From positions 7,998,001 through 8,062,000 of the forward strand of contig NC_047079.1 in NCBI RefSeq assembly GCF_902459465.1: a stretch of DNA of 64,000 nt. Reading direction: 5' to 3'. The DNA comes from Asterias rubens (Eukaryota). Positions 11,928-22,700 of the stretch are shown one piece after another (the stretch's first letter is position 1; each line of letters begins with the position of its first letter). The translations under genes and the position numbers were made by a program. The notes under the pieces are model-generated. The model had not been told where the DNA came from, ran no database searches, and worked only from the letters and a program-made list of their open reading frames with translations.

Positions 11928-12399
11928 GAATCATAAGGAAGCTTGGAAAATTAATCTGACTAATTGGCAGGGTCATTGGCTTTTATTTACAAGTGGCTAG
12001 AAATGTAAGTAAACAAGGTTTGTTTTAGTGAGTAGGCTTGGTTTAGCGGCTGGTGTCAAAATAATATGGGGTGTAGGGGCTGCGCCTGGGGGGGGGGGCG
12101 GCAGAGGGGTGTTAGATCAGTATTATTATTGGTTGTACTAGTGTGGCTGAGGGTTGTGTTTTCAAAATAATGATGGGTGATCTACAGAGAGTGTTGGGGG
12201 GGGGGGGGGTGGGCAGACACCGCTAACTTTGACCCGAAGTTGACACTATATCTTAATAAAATTGTGAGTATTCTTAATACAATATACGTCAGGTTTTTAT
12301 AAAAAATAACAGCTGAGCACAGATGCAATCTAAGTAAGCCTAGGCCTGGCCTGGTTCTTAATAAAGTGCGAAGAGTTGGATCAGATTGGATGAGGAGTA

Positions 12400-12641
12400 A
12401 CGCGGCGCGGAGAACTGGCCAATGAACAATCTCCCTTTGACCTCGTCGAGGGCGCCCTTCTCATGAGATATGTCGATTCAAGATGGCTGCGCCCATGGTG
12501 TCGCATGTTCCATGAAGGATTGTTCACACATCCCGGTATTTTCCACCGGCAGCTGACTTTCAATTTGGTATTCTTTGAATAATAATGGAGTCTTAATAAA
12601 GTGTCCTATGCATTGAGTGCGCGGGAGACAGCAAAACAACC
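12400..12641 (+). promoter_or_regulatory. Probable TTI1 promoter and first non-coding exon
   Basis: CpG-rich patch with a YY1-like CAAGATGGCTGC at 12479-12490, a donor GTGAGT at 12642, and the next acceptor at 13745. Confidence 0.5.
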
Positions 12642-12783
12642 GTGAGTATTGAGTTGGACATTTTTATTTTTATTTCTTGAATTGAATTTTAATAACTTAT
12701 TAATTAATATATTATTTAATATTATTTATAAATATAATTTTTTTTATTTGTAATATTAATATTATTAATATTATTAATATTAT

Positions 12784-12946
12784 GGAAAAGTTTCCGTATG
12801 GCGCCACCACTTTTTCAATCAATAATATGAGTTAATATAGTATAGTAAGTAAGTAGACCTATCTAATTTACCTCAACCAGAAAATGAGATATCCTTTTTT
12901 GTAAAAATAAGTGAAAAAGTGGTGGCGCCATACGGAAAGTTATCCG
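12784..12946. mobile_element. MITE with 33-bp TIRs in TTI1 intron 1
   Basis: GGAAAAGTTTCCGTATGGCGCCACCACTTTTTCA ... TGAAAAAGTGGTGGCGCCATACGGAAAGTTATCC; no clear TSD. Confidence 0.7.
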
Positions 12947-13093
12947 AGGGGTTACGCCTGGTACTAGGCCTACTATTAGACTTAGTTTAGTTTGGTTGGA
13001 TTTTAAATTTAATGTTTTAATATTTTTTTAACAAATTAATAATTTGAATGATGGAGACGTGCGGACAATTATCCAAAATAAGGTTTGGAATCG

Positions 13094-13286
13094 TAATTAC
13101 CGCCCGACTCAATGGCTGATTTTGCTGAATTTCCAAAAAGCACGTCTGTGGGATGGGAAGCCCTTTTTGCTGAATTTCTGAAAAGAAGCGCTGTCTGTTG
13201 CGTTGGATCATAGAACAAGGAGGAGGGATGGGTGGGAAGCAACGGTGCTTTTCGGCAGTTCAGCAAAATCAGTCGGGTGGTTATTG
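13094..13286. mobile_element. Degenerate inverted-repeat element
   Basis: AATTACCGCCCGACT...CTGATTTTGCTGAA versus TTCAGCAAAATCAGTCGGGTGGTTATT. Confidence 0.45.
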
Positions 13287-13792
13287 TGATAAACCTTTTT
13301 GGATTCGGAAGATGTTTTTTGTGCATGTTTTTACACACAAACTTGACTCTGCAAAGTTTTGCTGGCTAAAAATTACCATTTGCATTTCAGGCATTTTGTA
13401 ATAGCTGCCTAGCGTTATAGAGGCCCAAAATGTATTGCTATATAAATAATTGTACCGGTGAGCCTTCTCTACTCCTAGTTAGAACTATATGAGGTTCAGC
13501 GGAACAAACTTCCTAGTTCTAGGAGTAGGTGTAGCCATGGTAGGACGTCAACGGAGGAGTCCAACCTGGGCTAGGAGTTGGTGTAGAGTTGCAAGACCCC
13601 ACAGACAGAATGTCAGACTGTTGTGTTAAGCAAGCTAGCTACACATCTTTTTAGGATAAGGATCTATCTAAAATTTAGTTATGAGTATTGTATGATTACT
13701 TAATCTTATATTTTACTGTCATTCATTTGCTTTTTTTCTACGCAGGAAGGCGTGCTGGCGGTACGTTGTGAATAAAAAAGGGACTAATTAAA

Positions 13793-16700
13793 ATGACACA
13801 ATCTGCATTTGAGAGGCTGAAGCCAATATGTGTGCATCTCTCCAAAGAACCAACAAATGAAGGAATTAATCAGCTCAAATCTCTCCTTGATGCAATGGGC
13901 GAGGGCTCCCTACAGTCTCTTCAACACTATGTTCTCTTTCCATTACGACTAGTTCTAAGATACCCAAGAAAAGTGTAAGTAAATTTGTTGACCCTATTTG
14001 GGGTCTAACCTTGACGAACCTGACAGAAATGATCAAAGGGCAAAATGTTTTTGGTTTCACACATCACACTTGGGCCTAATCACAACCTGATGTTTCACTG
14101 GTTTTCTGAGAAAATTCATATCTTTTAACCCTCCATCGATAGATGAAATTGGACAGGAACTACGGTGTATTTCATTGATCATACACAAGCCTGTATGCTT
14201 CGTTTTTGCTTCGTTTTTGAAAGGGCAAGGGCACCAAGTCATGTAAAGAGCACCCTATGAGGAAATGAACAATTTCTACTGGGGCATTTCAAGGGCACCA
14301 AGGCAATGACCATGGGGCATGGAGACAATCAGCTCCATTGCCTCCGTGCAGGCCTGCATTATAAATACTGACCATGTTTGTTCCTTTTTTGCAGGCCCAC
14401 AGGTTGCTGTGAGAATGCTATTGGGTGTATCAGGCAAATATTCTTGGTAACTACAGTAAATGAATGGCAGGTCTTCTCAGATTTCTTTTCTACCCTGTGT
14501 ATTCTCATCAGTGAAAAGAGTAACTTTAGTAAAGGTTAGTCAGTAAATGTCAAAGATATCTGGGGAACTTTCATTCATAAAAAATAAAAAAGTATTTTAG
14601 GGGGGGATTTGGCGCCTACCAATTTGTATCACATTTTTGCTCTCAATAGTTTACTTCTGTTTCTATTTCGTTTTGGGCTTATGAAGTGCTAGTTTTACAA
14701 GTCCCACTAGGAACCAAGAAGATTAAAATAGTCAGTAAGTTTTATAGGTAGTTCTTACAATGTCATTTCAGCCTCCAAACACCCAGAAGAATTGAAGCTA
14801 GCTGTGATTCAATGCCTGGAGACTTTGTTAAAACGTGCTTCAAATGAGTGAGTTACTATCAAATCCTTTGTCTCCCAATTAATAGACTTTTTTAAAATGT
14901 GCTTCAAATGAGTGAGTTACTATCAAATCCTTTGTCTAGACTTTGTTAAAACGTGCTTCAAATAAGTGAGTTACTATCAAATCCTTTGTCTCCCAATTAA
15001 TGGACTTTTTTAAAATGTGCTTCAAATGAGTGAGTTACTATCAAATCCTTTGTCTCCCAATTAATAGACTTTTTTAAAATGTGCTTCAAATGAGTGAGTT
15101 ACTATCAAATCCTTTGTCTCCCAGTTAATAGACTTTTTTAAAATGTGCTTCAAATGAGTGAGTTACTATCAAATCCTTTGTCCCCCAATTAATAGAAATG
15201 TCATTATCTTTAACATCCTTAAAACCAAGAAGTTACTCAAACTAAGTTTATTAAGCTTCACAAACAAAAATGATAACTATCCTTAACATACAACTCTTGT
15301 TGACAAAACTCTATTCTCAATTAAACCTATTTCCATTGTTTTCAATTAAACCTATTTCCATTGTTTTCTTAAAAACGAGGCAAAAATATGAGCAAAATTT
15401 GGCCAAGCAACATAACAGTTAAACAACAGCCCTAAAACATAAGAATCATACCTCATTAAACCTTGATTTTTTTTTCCTTTAGTGTTCTAAGGCAGCTGTA
15501 CAGTCCTGAGTTTTTGCCGGCTGTTGGACACGCTGTGTCACTTCTCATAGCTCTAGCAGAGTCTGAGAGACTAAGAGAGTTGAGGGTCACATCCATGACC
15601 TGTTTGCAAACGCTGGCTCAGTGTCGAGGTAAAAATGGTTTCATCTTTTAAAATTCAGAATTGCAAGCAGTCAAAGTTGTTAGTGTTTTAAAGACAGTGG
15701 ACACTATTGGTAATTGTCAAAGACTAGCCTTCACACTTGCTGTATCTCAACATATGCATAAAATAACAAACCTGTGAAAATTTGAGCTCAATCGGTCATC
15801 GAAGTTGCGAGATAATAATGAAAGAAAAATAACCATTGTCACACGAAGTTGTGTGCGTTTAGATGGTTGATTTCGAGACCTCAAGTTCTAAACCTGAGGT
15901 CTCGAAATCAAATTAGTGGAAAATAACTTCTTTTTCGAAAACTATGTCACTTCAGAGGGAGCTGTTTCTCACTAAGTTTTATACCATCAACCTCTCCCCA
16001 TTACTCGTCACCAAGAAAGGTTTTATGCCAATAATTATTTTGAGTGATTACCAATAGTGTCTACTGCCTTTAAAGTGAATAAGAGTTGAAGGTTGGTTTG
16101 GTGTAAGGGTTATAAGAGTGATAGGGGTACAGAGAAGCACCGTTTGCCTGTGGCCTTTTTTCAGTGAGGTCTCAGGAAATCTCTGATCTGAGTATACAGT
16201 GTTTTGAATGAATGTGATAGGGGTTCAGAGAAGCACTGTTTGCTTGTGGCCTTTTTTCAGTGAGGTCTCGGGAAATCTCTGATCTGAGTATACAGTGTTT
16301 TGAATGAATGTGATAGGGGTTCAGACAAGCACCGTTTGCTTGTGGCCTTTTTTCAGTGAGGTCTCAGGAAATCTCTGATCTGAGTATACAGTGTTTTGAA
16401 TGAATGTGATACGGGTTCAGAGAAGCACCGTTTGCTTGTGGCCTTTTTTCAGTGAGGTCTCAGGAAATCTCTGATCTGAGTATACAGTGTTTTGAATGAA
16501 TGTGATACGGGTTCAGAGAAGCACCGTTTGCTTGTGGCCTTTTTTCAGTGAGGTCTCAGGAAATCTCTGATCTGAGTATACAGTGTTTTGAATGAATGTG
16601 ATAGGGGTTCAGAGAAGCACTGTTTGCTTGTGGCCTTTTTTCAGTGAGGTCTCGGGAAATCTCTGATCTGAGTATACAGTGTTTTGAATGAATGTGATAG

Positions 16701-19700
16701 GGGTTCAGACAAGCACCGTTTGCTTGTGGCCTTTTTTCAGTGAGGTCTCAGGAAATCTCTGATCTGAGTATACAGTGTTTTGAATGAATGTGATACGGGT
16801 TCAGAGAAGCACCGTTTGCTTGTGGCCTTTTTTCAGTGAGGTCTCGGGAAATCTCTGATCTGAGTATACAGTGTTTTGAATGTATGTCATTTGATTTATT
16901 TATGTTTTGTTTGTGTGTAGAGGGTGAGCTGATGAGCCACGCTGAGGAAGCCAGAGATTGTTTTGGTTCGTTCCTACCGGGGATCGCAATGTCTCTCTGT
17001 AGAATCATCCAGGGTGATCAGAAACAAGGACAGGTAGGAAAATAAACATCCAGCAGTTATTGACATTTCCATCATTATATTGCATTGATTGAATTTTCTG
17101 TTTCATTGACTATTGCATTGATTGAATTTTCTGTTTGATTTATTATTGCATTGATTTAGTTTTCTGTTTCATTTATTATTGCATTGATTTAGTCTTCTGT
17201 TTCATTTATTATTGCTTTGATTGACTTTTCTGTTTGATTGATTATGCATTGATTGACTTTCTGGTTTGATTATTGCTTTGATTGACTTTTCTGTTTGATT
17301 GATTATTACATTGATTGACTTAATGCCTTTTTTATTTTTATTTCCATTTTTCTTCAATGACAACTTTGACACAACATCGTTTGAACCAACAGAATGTCAC
17401 CAACGTAAGTCCTGATTTGTATTTTGTTTCATTTGACGATATTAAGTAATGCAGAACTAATTCTGAAGCAAAGGGAATTTCACGCTGACAGACATCTCTG
17501 AATTTGTTCAAAACTCTTTTTTTCCCTCTCTATTTGTTCTTTTTATGATCTCTTGTATGCATTTCTTGTAATTTATGATTATAAGAACGGATAACTTTCA
17601 TGATATACTATGTCTTTTGTTTAAAAGGAATTTTGATTTTATCTTGACAATAGATTGCAATCAAAACGTGGTCCTCCATTGTTGCCATGGTAATGAGTGA
17701 TCTTCACTCACCAATCCAACCTGAGTGTCACTCCGATAAAGGCGGGGCAAAGCACGCAGGAAGAGACTTATTGATTAAGAGAACACAAGATTGGGTAGAG
17801 TCAACTGCAAAGAAACTGGACATTCTGATTGGTCAGATAGTAACGTTATCAACAAATCCAAACTGGAAAATCCGAACTGCATTGGTGACATTTTCAGAAG
17901 AGTTGCTCTTCAGGTGTAAAAGGTATTGATAATAATACTATTAAGAAATACTGTTAATAAAATCTTAATTTATAAATTCTTAATTAATAAATAGGCAATC
18001 AGGTAAAACTAGAACAAAGAGTATGTCAGCTAGCAGTGGTATGCAAACACACCAGTAACAGCAGTTTGAAGACAACACAACTGTGTACCTTATGTATCTT
18101 GGTGAAGACTATTAAAATTTACTATTGGAGGCAGCTTTGTCAACAATTCAATACTGTATACTATCTTGATTCATAGAGATTAAGAGTGACAAGAGCTGTA
18201 GTTTAACCAATGCTAAAATATTTCAAACTAATCTCCCTGTACCCCATGGTCTTTAGATCCTTATCGCCCAGCATCCCTAAACTCCTTGAGGTCTTGGTAT
18301 CACTAGTTGGAGATGAATACAATGAGGTTGCCTCTCAGAGTAAGAGGATTCTTTCAAGATTCAGTGAGGCTCATATGAGAGGTACAGATGGAGAAGAAGG
18401 TGAAGATGCGAGGCCTTTGGTGGAACTCCTTGAAGACAATTTACATTCCTTGATGACATCGTTGCCTCGGATAATGAGAACATCGGGTAAGATACAGATT
18501 GATTGACCTGTAGTTAAATCATGAGGGAAACTTTATGTCAACTAATTTTACTTTAATCTGGTGTTGTGTTTTTTTTAAATCAGTGTCTGCCAAGATGACG
18601 TGGTATGTGACTCTAAAGACAAGTAGCTTCATCAAGACGAGAAGAAGAAAAATTGAAGCAAAAATGATGATTTGAGTTTAACTTTCATTTATTTGTATTA
18701 TGTTTTGTAAAGACTCAAACTTGTATTTTAGGACTGATAATTGAAGTGTTTGCTGTCCTTATTATATTTCACAGAGATGCATGTAAAGAGAAGTATGAAT
18801 GAGGGGAATACCCATTGGTGAAAACTAAATAACTTTTAAAGTTGTTTTCTCTAAAGATTTTTGTTTCCAATACCTTCAGATGATACCTGCAAACTTTCAA
18901 CATTGAATCTTGTCATTGGATACTTGAAGTTACTAGGTAAGTGTTTATAGATAATACCTGCAAACTTTCAACATTGAATCTTGTCATTGGATACTTGAAG
19001 TTACTAGGTAAGTGTTTATAGATAATACCTGCAAACTTTCAACATTGAATCTTGTCATTGGATACTTGAAGTTACTAGGTAAGTGTTTATAGATAATACC
19101 TGCAAACTTTCAACATTGAATCTTGTCATTGGATACTTGAAGTTACTAGGTAAGTGTTTATTATTAATTAGTATATTTTTGTTCAGTCTGCATAATTTGT
19201 TGTCAGTCCTCAGTGGTCTTGAAGATATTCTGCTTCCACTAATACTTCTTAACTTCCTCCCTAGGTCCAAGGATCTCTTCTCTTCTCAACTCCATCTCAC
19301 ATCTCAGACGTCTCTCTCTGGCCCTTATCCAGATCGTAGAGTTTGACTTACGGGACATCAAGATACTTGAAGAGACAACCTCTGGCCCAGGTAAATTCCT
19401 TTTCTGCAATTCTCAGGGATTAAGACGGTAAGTTGTTTGTCGGTTGAGTACAGGAATGGGCGGGGAAGGGGCTGAGGAATGCTCGGGTGAAGGTAACAGC
19501 AGAGAGTGGGAGAGGGTCATTTGCCCAGAGCGATGGGTGACCACTGACCCACCATATCACCAGTAAGCATAGAGTGGTGGTGCTGTTGGGGAAGATGTCT
19601 TTGCCTTTAAGACATTGTTTCTCTTTGGAACAGAGGTACAAAAGCTCTTTACTCAAAAGATGTTAGACCAAATCCTTCTCAACACTGAGTCTTAAACAAA

Positions 19701-22700
19701 AATTTATTCAGGTTTAAAATTGTCTGTTTCAGACGGTGCTGCATTTAGCATGGAGGTTTATCAACATTGCCCAACTAGACGTAAATATTTCAAGCATTTC
19801 ACAGACGATAAAATCTACAAGGCAGTTGTGCAGGTTTGCCATTTGCTTGGATTGTATGGTAAGTTTTTATCAAATCATCATCAGATGTTGAAGTATTTTG
19901 CATGATTGTACAATGATGGGTAATTATTACAACTATTATTATTTGATTGTTCTGGTAATGAAACAAGGAATGGTCAAAAGTGTCTTTCTCTGTAACTTGT
20001 ATGTCTGAAGATACCTGTGAAGAGAAAATGATGAAAGATAGTATCGGGCGAAAAGCCCAAGGTGGGTGAGGTCAGAGAGTGGGGCCTAGAAACTCAATTC
20101 ATATGCAAGGCTCTGGTCTACTAGGGGTTCAAACTCAACAGGGGTCTTATGAAAGGCAGGAAAAGACATCACTGAGCCAACCTTCTCCCTTTATGTATAT
20201 AGGAAACATCACACTTCTTGTGGACCATTTCCTTGATCTCTTCCACGAGACGTCTTCACATCAGAAACAAGCAGTCCTCATCTTAAATGAGATCATGCTG
20301 GGATCAATAGCATCACCGATGGACGACAGCAACAAGGCATCATGGGAAGGATCGGCTTGTCCAGCCTTGAGGGAAATATCAGCGATAGAGAGCGCAGTTC
20401 GGTAAGAGATTTCGCTTTTGAATTTATTTTGAAAACCAAACACATTAAAAAGATTTTTGTTGCAATAATGCAGCAAATTGACAAAATGCACCAAACTGAC
20501 AAAATGCACAATGGGGTATAATGCTTTACCTTGCACTTAATTGATCTGATCTGATTTGATTTGATTTGATTTATTTGAAACAGCAAAGGTAAATCCCATG
20601 CATTCCCTTTGTACATCAACTGGAAACCTAAAGATGAAACGGTGTTGCAGAAACAGAGAAACTTCATAGCAAGGTCCTATCTCCTTCTACAAGCTTGATT
20701 TTTGACTGATGTTCCTCTTCCCTTTCTAGGAATTTACTTCAAGAATACACTTCTCCTTTACATTGGTATCTGACTACAACTCCCAGCCATTCAGAGTCTG
20801 CGATGACACATAAGGGCACAGCTAGTTGGCTGGTTGTTTCGCAGCGAGAAGATCACAGCATTTCATTGGCTGCATTGAATAGCAATGTTCTTCTTATCAG
20901 TTTATTTTTGGAAGGGATTGGTGCGTTTTCTCAGGTATTACAAATAAATTAGTCACTTTTTCTTTTGTGTTGAGTCTTCAATAAAGGTTGGCTTTAAAAT
21001 GATTTGTTAGAATATTCAATGTTTTCTTCTAACATCATGAATTAATTAACTAACACTCTCCCACAAAAGGAGGAACTTCCCTGAACTGTTTCTGACCCAA
21101 TGGCCATCAGAAGAGTTTTGTTATTGCCCTATATACATTGTATAATTGTTGATTTGTTGTACTGAAAGGTTCTGGGCCCAGCATTCACCATGTTTTTAAT
21201 GGATTGCCTATACTCTGTACTGGAGAAAGTTGATGATAGTAAATCCATTATCAGGTAAGATTATTATTCATATCAAGTCTTGAATGAGTCTCTGATTCAG
21301 AGGCTTTATATTACACAAGAAAGTTGACATCCTACTGATCCAGCAAAACATTGCTACACATGAGTCTCTGATTCAGAGGCTTAATATTACACAAGAAAGT
21401 TGACATCCTACTGATCCAGCAAAACATTGCTACACATGAGTCTCTGATTCAGAGGCTTTATATTACACTAGAAAGTTGACATCCTACTGATCCAGCAAAA
21501 CATTGCTACACATGAGTCTCTGATTCAGAGGCTTGATATTTAACAATAAAGTTGACATCCTACTGATCCAGCAAAACATTGCTACACATGAGTCTCTGAT
21601 TCAGAGGCTTGATATTTAACAATAAAGTTGACATCCTACTGATCCAGCAAAACATTGCTACCCATGTAAATGTACATGTTTATTGGAAGAAGAAACGTTG
21701 TGTGATTTGGATGGTACAGCTGGCTCAAAGGACATTACCCAATGAACGATCCATCAGCTTTATGCAAGCATTGGGAAAACAATGTGCTTTCTATTGTGGA
21801 GCTGGCTGGCTCAAAGGACATCACCTAATGAACGATCCATCAGCTTTATGCAAGCATTGGGAAAACAATGTGCTTTCTATTGTGGAGCTGGCTGGCTCAA
21901 AAGGACATCACCCAATGAACGATCCATCAGCTTTATGCAAGCATTGGGAAAACAATGTGCTTTCTATTGTGGAGCTGGCTGGCTCAAAGAACATCACCCA
22001 ATGAACGATCCATCAGCTTTATGCAAGCATTGGGAAAACAATGTGCTTTCTATTGTGGAGCTGGCTGGCTCAAAGGACATCACCCAATGAACGATCCATC
22101 AGCTTTATGCAAGCATTGGGAAAACAATGTGCTTTCTATTGTGGAGCTGGCTGGCTCAAAAGGACATCACCCAATGAACGATCCATCAGCTTTATGCAAG
22201 CATTGGGAAAAAAATGTGCTTTCTATTATTTGATTACGCGAGTGATACTGAAGAAAATAAGTACAGAAATAATATTCATAAAAATATTCTCAGAAATGGT
22301 GTTTGTTACACACAAACCCATAACCCTTATTTCTAGCATAAATTTTTCATTTTGTTTCAGTCTATTTCATCTGTCATCTTTGAATTTTTGTTGTTGTCAG
22401 CCAAACAGCGTATTCCACCTTGATGCAAATGTACATATCATGTGGTTATGAGAGCATTCCAGACCTGCTAAGCTCCAATTCAGACTATCTCGTTGAGTCA
22501 ATATCATCTGGTCTTAGACATCTTGATATGTACCCTAAGACGCCACTTGTTCTTAAAGTCACACTCCAACATAGGTAAGAAGTCAAGGTATTAGACTAAC
22601 TTCCACCCTTATGTAGCGAAACAGCCCAACTCGAAAAATTACCTTTTAAGAAATGCACGTACAAAGATACGCTGTTTTGCCATAAAAGCGTTTTGAAAGT

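Noticed and set aside
16748-17008. Minus-strand 86-aa ORF
   Set aside because: Antisense reading of the 96-bp array and a TTI1 exon.
21609-22451. Overlapping ORFs of 92-136 aa with repeated peptides
   Set aside because: They are frame-shifting translations of the 86/87-bp intronic array, with no splice or homology support.
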